Shown: one piece after another, positions 49,795-59,366 of the stretch | Position numbering within the stretch: the stretch's first letter is position 1 | Layout: each line of letters begins with the position of its first letter | Assembly (NCBI GenBank): GCA_963968025.1 | Contig: CAXAFJ010000001.1 | Coordinates: 7,428 to 71,427 of the forward strand | Direction of reading: 5' to 3' | DNA from: an uncultured Pseudomonadales bacterium | GTDB lineage: Bacteria; Pseudomonadota; Gammaproteobacteria; Pseudomonadales; Porticoccaceae | Length of the DNA: 64,000 nt | Notes under the pieces: model-generated | Seen by the model: only the letters and a program-made list of their open reading frames with translations | Databases searched by the model: none | What the model was told of the DNA's origin: nothing | Program-made: the position numbers and the translations under genes

Positions 49795-50112
49795 TCAGTC
49801 ATTTTTTAGTGTCCAATATGCTGCACTGCAAGCCAGTGCGACAGCGCCGCCTAATGTCAGTAATGACATTGGGCTAATATGAATACTGCTGGGCAACAGC
49901 ACCACGAACTCCGCTATGGGGAAAAAAGCGTAGGACAGCAGGCAGCCAATCAGTGTAAATAACATTGTTATCAGTGCGTCTTTGAAAAACGACAGCCCAG
50001 CTTTTTGCTCAAGTTCTAAGAGTACCTGAGTTGAAAACCCTCGATCCTGTATGCAGGGTTCAGCGCTGCGCAATTGCGCAAATAGGCTGTCGATGTCAGT
50101 TTCTCTGGTCAT
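49795..50112 (-). CDS. Putative membrane anti-sigma factor
   Basis: ATGA overlap with sigma stop; short soluble N-terminus with DRGFSTQVL, then hydrophobic helices. Confidence 0.65.
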   Translation of the reverse strand: MTRETDIDSLFAQLRSAEPCIQDRGFSTQVLLELEQKAGLSFFKDALITMLFTLIGCLLSYAFFPIAEFVVLLPSSIHISPMSLLTLGGAVALACSAAYWTLKND

Positions 50113-50684
50113 GATGTATCTCTGCTTTTCCAGTCCGCAAGTTGCTCTCTGAGACTGATTTTCCCCCGAGCAATTAGGGTCTTTACTGTGCCCAGGGGAA
50201 TGCTCATGATATCGGAAATTTCCCGCTGCGTGCACTCGCGGTGCAAACTCAGATGCAGGGCCATTCTCTGGTTGTCACTGAGGTGATTCATGGCCTGCGC
50301 CAGATCGCGATGCAGTTGCAGGGGTTCATTAGGGACGATCGCTTCATGGTCCTTACTAAGCCACAGCGATTGCTCTTCCCGACCGGTTAAACCGCCGGTT
50401 AGTTCGCGGTTGCGTGCCACGCGAAAGTGACTCAGCATTAGGTTATAGGCGATGCGATAGAGCCAGCTGGAAAATTTCGCCTTACCCTGAAAACTGCTCA
50501 AGGCACTCTGTGCTTTGCTAAAGGTCTCCTGGGCCAAATCGTCGGCCAGGGCCTCATTCCAGCCGGTTAATTGGCGCAATGAATAACGCAGCGGAGACTG
50601 ATAGCGCTTTACCAACTCCGCAAACGCTCGGTGACTGTCTTCCTTGACGACAGCGTCAATCAACGCCTGATCCGTAAGGTTCAT
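50109..50684 (-). CDS. ECF RNA polymerase sigma factor
   Basis: AFAELVKRYQ, ADDLAQETF, FSSWLYRIAYN, IPLGTVKT. Confidence 0.93.
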   Translation of the reverse strand: MNLTDQALIDAVVKEDSHRAFAELVKRYQSPLRYSLRQLTGWNEALADDLAQETFSKAQSALSSFQGKAKFSSWLYRIAYNLMLSHFRVARNRELTGGLTGREEQSLWLSKDHEAIVPNEPLQLHRDLAQAMNHLSDNQRMALHLSLHRECTQREISDIMSIPLGTVKTLIARGKISLREQLADWKSRDTS

Positions 50685-50689
50685 AAAGC

Positions 50690-51400
50690 TTAAGCGGCAG
50701 TGCTAGTGTTACCGGGTTGCGTCTCTGCTTGCTGCTCACTGAGTTTCCAGATTAAGAGCCGAGCTATACCTATACACAGGGGAATGAGGGCAACTGAAGC
50801 CACGCCCCAACCTACCAGCATGCCAAGGAATAGAAATAATCCGCTTCCAATGCCGCTTAGGATTAATCCGCGTTGGAGGTTATTGCCGCTAACCGCATTG
50901 TCATTAAAGGTGGCCAATACCTCCCGGGGCACATCTTTGCCAGCGTTGATGAATTTCTCGACTAAGGCGTCGCGCTGCTTACGTTTTCGGTAAGAAAATA
51001 ACAGCAGCAGGGCGATAACCAGCACCGGTGAGCCGAAGGTAAATAGAATGGCAAAAATCGGCACTATCACAGAACTTAAGCCGCCAAAACTGAAGCTGTC
51101 GGGAATGGTTATGTTGATGCCTTCTTGAAACGAGCGCAGGGCATCTTTGACTTCCTGGCGCTCCTCTTGGTCAAGGTCTTTCCATTCGGCTTTTAGTTCG
51201 GTTATGACCTCGTCGACAAGAAATGCCACTTCGCTATCAAATTCATCATGGGCATCAGTGTGGCTGGCACTGTCAATGTCGCTAGGCGTGGCGATAACGG
51301 TGACTTCGTTAATGTCCTCAGCCATAGTTGAGACTGTATTTGCCAGGGCCAATAACATGGCGCAAACCAACAGGCCGTTCTTCACGAGGTAATTTTTCAT
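50690..51400 (-). CDS. DUF6249-like membrane protein
   Basis: Signal peptide, acidic region, TM, then NLQRGLILSGIG and LIPLCIGIARLLIW; directly upstream of the ECF sigma. Confidence 0.7.
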   Translation of the reverse strand: MKNYLVKNGLLVCAMLLALANTVSTMAEDINEVTVIATPSDIDSASHTDAHDEFDSEVAFLVDEVITELKAEWKDLDQEERQEVKDALRSFQEGINITIPDSFSFGGLSSVIVPIFAILFTFGSPVLVIALLLLFSYRKRKQRDALVEKFINAGKDVPREVLATFNDNAVSGNNLQRGLILSGIGSGLFLFLGMLVGWGVASVALIPLCIGIARLLIWKLSEQQAETQPGNTSTAA

Positions 51401-51720
51401 ATTGTTCTCCGGGTTATTTCAGCGGCGCTGTGGTGATAACTATTGATCCTACCTCAATAGTTAATCGCCGCTGGTTAATCTCGCTGCTCAGAATGCTCTG
51501 CCGTAAAGACTGCCTTGGGTACCCCGCGGTCATAGTTAACCGCGGATTCACTTGTCGGCAGTGCCACAACAGCGGCACCATGTGCTCCAGTAATCATAGT
51601 TGCTCAGGTAAGATGCCGTGACTGACTATTTGGATTCATTAGCTCGCACATTTTTTATAGGCTTTTAGCTTATGATGCGCGGCTAACTCATTTATCACCC
51701 AAAATGTGGATTTAGACTCT

Positions 51721-52566
51721 ATGAAATTTGAAGGTACAGACAACTACGTAGCCACCGAAGAGCTACAGATGGCAGTGAACGCCGCCGTAACATTACAGCG
51801 TCCATTATTGATCAAGGGCGAGCCTGGAACTGGCAAGACTCTGCTTGCAGAAGAAGTGGCCAAGTCACTGGGCAAGCGGCTTATATCCTGGCATATCAAG
51901 TCCACTACCAAAGCTCAGCAGGGTCTCTACGAATACGATGCGGTATCGCGTCTGCGTGACTCCCAGTTGGGTCATGAAAAAGTTAACGATATCAGCAACT
52001 ATATCGACAAAGGTAAGCTTTGGGAGGCATTTACCGCTGACGAGCAGGTTGTACTGTTGATTGATGAGATCGATAAGGCGGATATTGAATTCCCGAATGA
52101 TCTGCTGTTGGAATTAGATCGCATGGAGTTCCATGTCTACGAGACTGGCGAAACCATTAAAGCGATTCAGCGTCCTATCGTGATCATTACCAGTAACAAT
52201 GAGAAAGAACTGCCAGATGCGTTTTTGCGTCGCTGTTTCTTCCACTTTATTAGCTTCCCTGATCGCACCACCATGAAACGCATTGTCGACGTTCACTTCC
52301 CGGTGATCAAAAAGACATTGGTGGACGAGGCGCTGGATATCTTCTTTGATGTGCGCAAGATTCCCGGCCTGAAGAAAAAGCCCTCCACCTCGGAGTTGGT
52401 CGACTGGCTGAAGCTGGTTATGTCCGATGATATTCCTGAAGATATTCTCACCAACCGCGATCCCACTAAAGCGATTCCACCGCTTTACGGAGCCCTGTTG
52501 AAAAATGAGCAGGACGTTCACTTGCTGGAGCGTTTGGCATTTATGACTCGGCGCGAAGCCCGATAG
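51721..52566 (+). CDS. MoxR-like AAA+ ATPase (CoxD-like)
   Basis: KGEPGTGKT, KSTTKAQQGLYEYDAV, LIDEIDKADIEFPNDLL, ITSNNEKELPDAFLRRC. Confidence 0.9.
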   Translation: MKFEGTDNYVATEELQMAVNAAVTLQRPLLIKGEPGTGKTLLAEEVAKSLGKRLISWHIKSTTKAQQGLYEYDAVSRLRDSQLGHEKVNDISNYIDKGKLWEAFTADEQVVLLIDEIDKADIEFPNDLLLELDRMEFHVYETGETIKAIQRPIVIITSNNEKELPDAFLRRCFFHFISFPDRTTMKRIVDVHFPVIKKTLVDEALDIFFDVRKIPGLKKKPSTSELVDWLKLVMSDDIPEDILTNRDPTKAIPPLYGALLKNEQDVHLLERLAFMTRREAR

Positions 52567-52578
52567 GCTTTATCACTT

Positions 52579-53754
52579 ATGTTGATTAACTTTTTTTTCA
52601 CCTTAAAAAAAGCCAATGTGCCAGTTTCGATTAGAGAGCTGCTGGATTTGCTGGCGGCTCTGGAACAGAATCTGGTCTTTGCCTCGATAGATGATTTCTA
52701 TCTATTGGCACGCACGGTTATGGTCAAGGACGAGAAATACTACGATCGCTTTGATCGCGCCTTTGGCGCCTATTTTAAAAATCTTGAAAACCTCGATGAT
52801 ATTATCGAAGCACTGATTCCCGAGGACTGGCTGCGCCAAGAATTTGAGAAAAATCTGAGCGAGGAAGAGAAAGCCAAAATCGAAAGTCTCGGTGGTTTAG
52901 AGAAGCTGATTGAAGAATTTAAGAAGCGACTCGAAGAGCAGAAAGAGCGGCACGAGGGTGGCAATAAGTGGATTGGCACTGGCGGTACCTCCCCCTTTGG
53001 CAATGGCGGCTTCAATCCCGAAGGCATTCGTGTCGGCGGTGAGGGCGGCCAGGGCAGTGCAGTGAAGGTCTGGGAAGATCGTCAGTTCAAAGATCTCGAT
53101 GATTCGGTGCAGATTGGCACACGCAATATCAAGGTCGCTCTGCGACGTTTGCGGAAGTTTGCCCGTGAGGGATCTGAGGATCAGTTAGATCTAGACGACA
53201 CCATTCGCAGTACGGCGCGCAATGCAGGCATGTTGGATATCAAGATGGTTGCCGAGCGCCGCAATGCGGTCAAGGTGCTGATCTTCTTTGATATTGGCGG
53301 CTCAATGGATCCCTATGTGCGTCTCTGTGAAGAGCTGTTTTCGGCGGCAAAAACCGAGTTTAAACACTTGGAATACTTCTATTTCCACAACTGTCTCTAT
53401 GACTATGTGTGGAAGGATAATCATCGTCGGCGCGAGGAGCAAATGTCCACTCAGGATGTGCTGAATAAATACTCCTCGGATTATAAGGTGATCTTTGTCG
53501 GTGATGCCTCCATGGCACCCTATGAGATTAATAGCCCCGGTGGCAGTGTCGAATATCACAATTCCGAGCCCGGCAATGTGTGGATGGATCGCATGGCCAA
53601 GACTTTTGATAAACTGGTCTGGTTAAATCCGGTACAGGAGCAGTATTGGGATTACACGCCATCTATTCTAATGTTGCGTGAATTAGTTGAGGGGAAAATG
53701 TTTCCACTGACGCTTGGTGGTCTTGAAAAGGGTATGAAGCTGCTGTCGAAATAA
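52579..53754 (+). CDS. VWA domain protein (CoxE-like)
   Basis: WIGTGGTSPFG, FFDIGGSMD, YFYFHNC, FVGDASMAPYE. Confidence 0.88.
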   Translation: MLINFFFTLKKANVPVSIRELLDLLAALEQNLVFASIDDFYLLARTVMVKDEKYYDRFDRAFGAYFKNLENLDDIIEALIPEDWLRQEFEKNLSEEEKAKIESLGGLEKLIEEFKKRLEEQKERHEGGNKWIGTGGTSPFGNGGFNPEGIRVGGEGGQGSAVKVWEDRQFKDLDDSVQIGTRNIKVALRRLRKFAREGSEDQLDLDDTIRSTARNAGMLDIKMVAERRNAVKVLIFFDIGGSMDPYVRLCEELFSAAKTEFKHLEYFYFHNCLYDYVWKDNHRRREEQMSTQDVLNKYSSDYKVIFVGDASMAPYEINSPGGSVEYHNSEPGNVWMDRMAKTFDKLVWLNPVQEQYWDYTPSILMLRELVEGKMFPLTLGGLEKGMKLLSK

Positions 53755-53826
53755 CCTTTCATAGCAGTTTTACCGATCTATTTAAGCTTATTATAAAAAC
53801 GATAAAAGTCATTAACGGGTACTGTT

Positions 53827-55506
53827 ATGAAGGTTCAAGAAGCCGCAGAAAAAGCGCAGCTGGATATAGGGCTGTCAAGCCAACAACCTGCTTTAGCAGC
53901 AGATTCACTGTTGGGCCTGTGGCAGCAGGCAGTTGCAGATTCCGCTGAGCGACCGGCATTTACCTGCCTCGGGCAGACGCTGTCCTATGGTAACATTGAC
54001 CAGCTGGCCGAGCGTATCGCCGGTTATTTTCACAGCCAGTTAAAGCTCGAAGCCGGTGATCGCCTCGCCGTACAGCTGCCGAACCTACTGCAGTATCCGG
54101 TTGTGGTGATAGCGGCTTGGAAGCTCGGTCTGGTGATCGTCAATACCAATCCCATGTATACCCACCGCGAGCTGGTGCATCAGTTTAATGATTCCGGTGC
54201 CAAAGCGGTGGTGGTCCTCGACCAGTTCTATGACACGCTGCAAGCGGCCTTGCCGGAAACTGGCATCGAGACTGTGGTAGTGACGCGGGCTATTGATCTG
54301 CTGCCACAGCCGAAGAAAAGCCTGCTTGCGGCGGTGACTAAGGTGCTCGGCAAGCGCCCCAGATTGCCCTCTAAAGGTATTGTTAGCTTTAACGATATGC
54401 TGGTGACAAAGAGTGCCTACCCCCTGCATACGCCTGGCTATGGTGATATCACTGCGCTGCAATATACCGGTGGCACCACCGGTGTATCCAAAGGCGTGAT
54501 GTTGACTCAGGGTTCCTTGATGAGCAATGTGGCCCAAACCATGGCCATGGTCAGTGTCGGAGGTCGTTCGGTAAAACACTTCACCACCGTTTCTCCGCTG
54601 CCGCTCTACCATATTTATGCATGGATGTTGAATATGGGACTGATGCCAGCGACCAGAGGGCACAGTGTATTAATTCCCGATCCGCGCAATATTCCGATGT
54701 TTGTCGGTGCCATCAAATCGCTTAAATTTGAAATATTCTGCGGCTTAAATTCACTGTTTGTTACATTGCTGCAAGACAGTAAGTTTCAGAAGCTGGATTT
54801 TTCCAAGTTACAAATTACCCTCTCTGGTGGCATGGCGTTAATGGATGCTGTGGCAGATGAGTGGCAACAGGCCACCGGCTGTGTGGTCAGTGAAGGCTAC
54901 GGCATGACTGAGTCATCGCCAGTGATTTCCATGAACCCATCAGGCTTTGAAAAGATTGGTACCGCCGGCATTCCCCTGCCTGGCACTGAGATCAAAGTGG
55001 TCGACGAAAACGGCGTCGAGCAGCAAGTGGGTGGTGTTGGTGAGCTCTGTGTTCGTGGCGCTCAGGTCATGAAAGGCTACTGGCAGCGCGAGGCGCAGAC
55101 CGCTGAAGTGATTGTCGATGGCTGGTTGCACACCGGTGATATTGTCACCGTCGACGAGCAGGGTTACATTAAAATTGTCGATCGGCTGAAGGATATGATT
55201 ATTGTCTCGGGCTTCAATGTCTACCCAAATGAATTGGAACAGGCCTTAACGCAGCACCCAGATGTCTTGGAATGTGCTGCCATTGGTATTGCCGATTCTA
55301 AAGCGGGTGAGGTGGTGAAGATGTTTGTCGTGGCTAACAATGACGGCCTGACGGCCCAGCAAGTGAAGGCGTTTTGTAAAGCCAATATGGCCGGTTACAA
55401 GGTGCCCAAGTTTGTTGAGTTCCGGATCGATCTGCCAAAGAGCAATGTCGGCAAGGTATTGCGCAAAGAGTTAAAGGCGGAAGAGAAGGCTAAACAAGTT
55501 AGCTAA
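53827..55506 (+). CDS. fadD: Long-chain fatty acid-CoA ligase
   Basis: LQYTGGTTGVSKG, EGYGMTESSP, GWLHTGDI, DRLKDMIIVSGFNVYPNE, PKSNVGKVLR. Confidence 0.9.
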   Translation: MKVQEAAEKAQLDIGLSSQQPALAADSLLGLWQQAVADSAERPAFTCLGQTLSYGNIDQLAERIAGYFHSQLKLEAGDRLAVQLPNLLQYPVVVIAAWKLGLVIVNTNPMYTHRELVHQFNDSGAKAVVVLDQFYDTLQAALPETGIETVVVTRAIDLLPQPKKSLLAAVTKVLGKRPRLPSKGIVSFNDMLVTKSAYPLHTPGYGDITALQYTGGTTGVSKGVMLTQGSLMSNVAQTMAMVSVGGRSVKHFTTVSPLPLYHIYAWMLNMGLMPATRGHSVLIPDPRNIPMFVGAIKSLKFEIFCGLNSLFVTLLQDSKFQKLDFSKLQITLSGGMALMDAVADEWQQATGCVVSEGYGMTESSPVISMNPSGFEKIGTAGIPLPGTEIKVVDENGVEQQVGGVGELCVRGAQVMKGYWQREAQTAEVIVDGWLHTGDIVTVDEQGYIKIVDRLKDMIIVSGFNVYPNELEQALTQHPDVLECAAIGIADSKAGEVVKMFVVANNDGLTAQQVKAFCKANMAGYKVPKFVEFRIDLPKSNVGKVLRKELKAEEKAKQVS

Positions 55507-55513
55507 GTTTATT

Positions 55514-55588
55514 TAAACCAAGAGCTTGTAACCCAAGAGCCTGTAATCCAAGAGTTTGAAAGCCAAGAGCCTGTAAACCAAGAGCTTA
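55514..55588. repeat. Intergenic 15-bp tandem repeat x5
   Basis: taaaccaagagcttg / taacccaagagcctg / taatccaagagtttg / aaagccaagagcctg / taaaccaagagctta. Confidence 0.9.
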
Positions 55589-55619
55589 TACGCCAAACGC
55601 TAACATTTTAAGACTCCAT

Positions 55620-55656
55620 AAAAAGGCCGGACTTGTTACCAAGTCCGGCCTTTTTT
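55620..55656. terminator. Bidirectional intrinsic terminator between fadD and nhaB
   Basis: A5, GGCCGGACTTG, TTAC loop, CAAGTCCGGCC, T6; perfect 11-bp stem. Confidence 0.92.
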
Positions 55657-55677
55657 GTGCTGTTCTAATAGGTCTTA

Positions 55678-57183
55678 TTAGACCATATAAACAACACCCC
55701 AGAGGCCAACAGCTGTCAGCACGAGGGTGTACGGCAGTGCCATAATCACCATGCGCATATAGGAGAGGCGGATCAGCGGGGCTATAGCCGAGGTTAACAG
55801 GAAGAGGAACGCAGCCTGACCATTAGGTGTCGCGACACTTGGCAGGTTGGTACCCGTGTTGATCGCAATAACCAGCTTATCGAAGTGCTCACGGCTAATA
55901 TCACCGGCGTCTAACACTGCTCTGACTTCGTTGATGTAAACCGTTGCTACAAACACGTTGTCACTGATCATAGAGAGTACACCGTTGGCCAGGAAGAACA
56001 TGCCCGGCTGCACAGACTCATCCATGGCCAGCACCCAGCCGATAACCGGAGAGAACAGGTGCTGTTCGTGGATCACTGCAACAATGGCAAAGAACACGAC
56101 TAAAAGGGCGGTAAAGGGCAGGGCCTCTTCAAAGGCGTGGCCAATGCGATGCTCTTCGGTAACGCCGTTAAACGCTGTTAGCAATACGATTACCATCAAG
56201 CCAATCAAGCCTACTGGAGCCCAATGAAAGGCCAAGCCTAATACCAAGATTAGCGAGACGACAACCTGAATAATCATTGCAGCTTTATCGTACTGAGTGC
56301 GGCGAGAGTTATCGTGGTCACTGGAGGCTTGAAGAATCACACGGACTTCTTCGGGCATCTCTGCGCCGTAGCCGAGGATTTTGGTTTTCTCCAAGATAAT
56401 GCAAGTGGCTAAACCACAGACCAGAACAGGCATGGTCACTGGCGCCATCATCATAAAGAATTCAATAAATTCCCAACCGGCTTTTTCGGCGATCAACAGG
56501 TTTTGCGGTTCGCCCACGACAGTGGTCACGCCACCCAGAGCTGTACCCACGGCACCGTGCATAATCAAGCTGCGCAAAAAGGCGCGAAATTTATCGAGGT
56601 TTTCACGCTGGCTACCAGCAAGCTGTTCATCAGTGCTGTGATCATGCCCGTCATCGACAATCTTCTTGCCCGACGCAACCTTGTGGAACACCGAGTAAAA
56701 ACCCACTGAAATAGTTATCAGTACTGCTGTAACCGTCAGTGCGTCGAGAAATGCAGACAGAAAGGCACCGGCAAAACAGAATAAAAATGACAGGGTGGTT
56801 TTAGATTTCACCTTGAGCAGAATATTGGTGAAAACAAACAGCAGCATATCGCGCATAAAGTAGATGCCGGCGACCATAAACATCAGCAGCAGAATCACCT
56901 GAAAGTTGGATACCGTCTCCTGGTAGACCGCTTCTGGAGATGCCATACCCAGCAGAATTGCCTGGATGGCGAGCAGGCCGCCGGGCTGCAATGGGTAGCA
57001 TTTAAGCGCCATAGCAAGGGTTAAAATAAATTCAGCAATCAGCATCCAACCGGTTACAAAGGGACCAAATGCCCAGAGTGCGATGGGATTGATAATCAGA
57101 AAGGCAACGATCGCCTTTTCATACCAACCTGGGGAATTGCCCAGAAAGTTCTTTTGAAACGCCTGATACATCGTCGGCTGCAT
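55678..57183 (-). CDS. nhaB: Na+/H+ antiporter NhaB
   Basis: [55 protein letters not shown]. Confidence 0.97.
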   Translation of the reverse strand: MQPTMYQAFQKNFLGNSPGWYEKAIVAFLIINPIALWAFGPFVTGWMLIAEFILTLAMALKCYPLQPGGLLAIQAILLGMASPEAVYQETVSNFQVILLLMFMVAGIYFMRDMLLFVFTNILLKVKSKTTLSFLFCFAGAFLSAFLDALTVTAVLITISVGFYSVFHKVASGKKIVDDGHDHSTDEQLAGSQRENLDKFRAFLRSLIMHGAVGTALGGVTTVVGEPQNLLIAEKAGWEFIEFFMMMAPVTMPVLVCGLATCIILEKTKILGYGAEMPEEVRVILQASSDHDNSRRTQYDKAAMIIQVVVSLILVLGLAFHWAPVGLIGLMVIVLLTAFNGVTEEHRIGHAFEEALPFTALLVVFFAIVAVIHEQHLFSPVIGWVLAMDESVQPGMFFLANGVLSMISDNVFVATVYINEVRAVLDAGDISREHFDKLVIAINTGTNLPSVATPNGQAAFLFLLTSAIAPLIRLSYMRMVIMALPYTLVLTAVGLWGVVYMV

Positions 57184-57338
57184 GGTAGTTCCTTATTATT
57201 GGCTAGTCGGAAAATAAATCGTGTTAAACTGCATTTTTAACGCGCAAACAGTAGCGGTTGATTCCGTAATATGCAAGCCCGACCGCAGCCTCTTTATAGA
57301 GGCTTTCTGAACCCTCTTTATAAGGCTATTATCGCAAC

Positions 57339-58172
57339 ATGCTTCCCCCCGCACTCGAAGGATTTTTCCCCGCTAACGCGCTCACTGGGACTGACAAACT
57401 TGTTGTCATTCCCGTGGTTGGGCGCGACATTCTGGTTGCCCGTGGCAGTCGTGATCTGGTTATCGATCGCGAGCAGGCTGACGTGATGAAATTTTTCTGT
57501 CAGCAGCGCTTGGTGCTGGGTCAGTGGAATGGTGTTGATTGCGAGGTCTGGGACCTGTCCCCGGAGTGCCGTTCCATGGAGGGTTTCTCAGTGATGGAGC
57601 TGCGGTCGGTATTACTCTCGAGCAGCGATGAGCAGTTTTCCCTGGCCAGCCGTGCGGTGCAGATGCTCGAGTGGCAAAAGCATCATCGCTACTGTGGCAG
57701 CTGTGGTGAAGCCACAGAGAAGGCAGCGGTGGATCATGCTCTGCGCTGTATTAGTTGCGATATCAGTCTCTATCCGCGAATTTCTCCCTGCATAATCGTT
57801 GTTGTGCGGGATGGCGAGCGCTGTTTGTTGGGGCGTTCCGTGAATTGGCCTGAAGGGCGCTTTAGCGCCCTGGCAGGCTTTGTCGAAGCCGGTGAGAGTG
57901 CCGAGCAGGCATTGCACCGGGAAGTATTCGAAGAGTCGGGCGTACAGATCAAAAATATACGTTATGTGGGCAGTCAGGCCTGGCCATTCCCCGGTCAGCT
58001 TATGCTCGGCTTTATTGCCGATGCCGACAGCACCGAGATTAAAGTCGATGAGGTAGAGATTGCCGAAGCCTACTGGTGGCACTATAAAGAGCTGCCTGCT
58101 ATCTTGCCGCCGATCAGCAGTATGTCAGGGCGTCTAATCGCACGCTTTGTGGAAGAGGTTAACGGCGCCTAA
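57339..58172 (+). CDS. nudC: NADH pyrophosphatase
   Basis: CGSCG...CISC zinc ribbon, YPRISPCII, Nudix box GFVEAGESAEQALHREVFEESG, SQAWPFP. Confidence 0.95.
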   Translation: MLPPALEGFFPANALTGTDKLVVIPVVGRDILVARGSRDLVIDREQADVMKFFCQQRLVLGQWNGVDCEVWDLSPECRSMEGFSVMELRSVLLSSSDEQFSLASRAVQMLEWQKHHRYCGSCGEATEKAAVDHALRCISCDISLYPRISPCIIVVVRDGERCLLGRSVNWPEGRFSALAGFVEAGESAEQALHREVFEESGVQIKNIRYVGSQAWPFPGQLMLGFIADADSTEIKVDEVEIAEAYWWHYKELPAILPPISSMSGRLIARFVEEVNGA

Positions 58173-58204
58173 GCCGTCTATAATCAATTTTTATCTGCCT
58201 ATAA

Positions 58205-59296
58205 ATGGAGTTTGTCTTGGAATTTCTTTTTGAATACGGTTTGTTTTTAGCCAAAGTGGTTACCGGCGTCGTCGCCCTCGTGATTGTGGTCAGTATTGTC
58301 GTGGGCCTGAGTCAAAAAAACCGCCAGAGCGGCAGTAAAGGCCACTTGGAAATCACCCCGTTAAATGAAATGTTTGACGATATGAGTGATGCAATCAAAT
58401 TTGCCGTGATGGACGAGTCACTGCACAAGGCTGAAGACAAGCGCTTACAGAAAGAAAAGCAAAAGAAGGCCAAAGAGCTGCAAAAAGCCAACAAAAAAGC
58501 GTCTAAAGATCCGGAGGCTGAACTGCCTACCCAGAAGCCTCGGGTATTTGTGGTCAATTTTTATGGCAATATCAGTGCTTCTGCGGTGACCAACCTTCGC
58601 GAAGAGGTAACCGCGATACTCTCCCAGGCAAGTGCCAATGATGAGGTGGTTGTGCGTCTTGAGAGTGGCGGCGGCATGGTTCACAGCTATGGACTGGCCT
58701 CCAGCCAACTGGATCGTATTCGCAAACGCAAGATTCCCCTCACCGTCTGTGTCGACAAGGTGGCTGCCAGTGGTGGCTATATGATGGCCTGTGTCGCCGA
58801 TAAAATTATCGCCGCACCCTTTGCCATTCTCGGCTCAATTGGTGTTGTCGCCCAACTGCCAAACTTTCACAAGGTGTTAAAAAAGCACGATGTGGAATTT
58901 GAATTGCTGACCGCCGGTGAGCACAAGCGCACCCTGACCATGTTTGGTGAAAATACCGACAGCGGCCGCGAGAAGTTTGTCGAGGAACTGGAAGATACTC
59001 ACAGCCTGTTTAAAGAGTTTGTTCACGAGCGCAGACCAAAGCTGGATATAGATCTGATTGCCACCGGTGAAGTTTGGTTTGGCATTCGTGCTCTGGAGGT
59101 TGCTTTAGTGGACGACTTACAAACTAGTGACGAATATCTGGTTGATCGCGCTCAAGAGGCGGATGTGTATGAAATTGCCTTTGTGGTGAAGAAGAAGCTT
59201 CATCAGCGTTTGGGGTTGGCGGCAGAAGAGAGCGCCGATCGCGTGATGTTGCGCTGGTGGGAACGACTGACTAATAATACTGAGCGCATGACTTAG
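58205..59296 (+). CDS. sohB: S49 family peptidase SohB
   Basis: EYGLFLAK, RLESGGGMVHSYGLASSQL, VDKVAASGGYMMAC, TAGEHKRTLT. Confidence 0.96.
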   Translation: MEFVLEFLFEYGLFLAKVVTGVVALVIVVSIVVGLSQKNRQSGSKGHLEITPLNEMFDDMSDAIKFAVMDESLHKAEDKRLQKEKQKKAKELQKANKKASKDPEAELPTQKPRVFVVNFYGNISASAVTNLREEVTAILSQASANDEVVVRLESGGGMVHSYGLASSQLDRIRKRKIPLTVCVDKVAASGGYMMACVADKIIAAPFAILGSIGVVAQLPNFHKVLKKHDVEFELLTAGEHKRTLTMFGENTDSGREKFVEELEDTHSLFKEFVHERRPKLDIDLIATGEVWFGIRALEVALVDDLQTSDEYLVDRAQEADVYEIAFVVKKKLHQRLGLAAEESADRVMLRWWERLTNNTERMT

Positions 59297-59366
59297 GCTG
59301 TCAGTGAGTTGAGCGCTTGTTAGATCAAGCGCTTTTTCGTTTTAGAGTTTGCTTAAAAAAAGCTCT

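Noticed and set aside
51706-53754. Second MoxR/VWA pair as a novel system
   Set aside because: A common CoxD/CoxE-like pair; multiple MoxR systems per genome are usual
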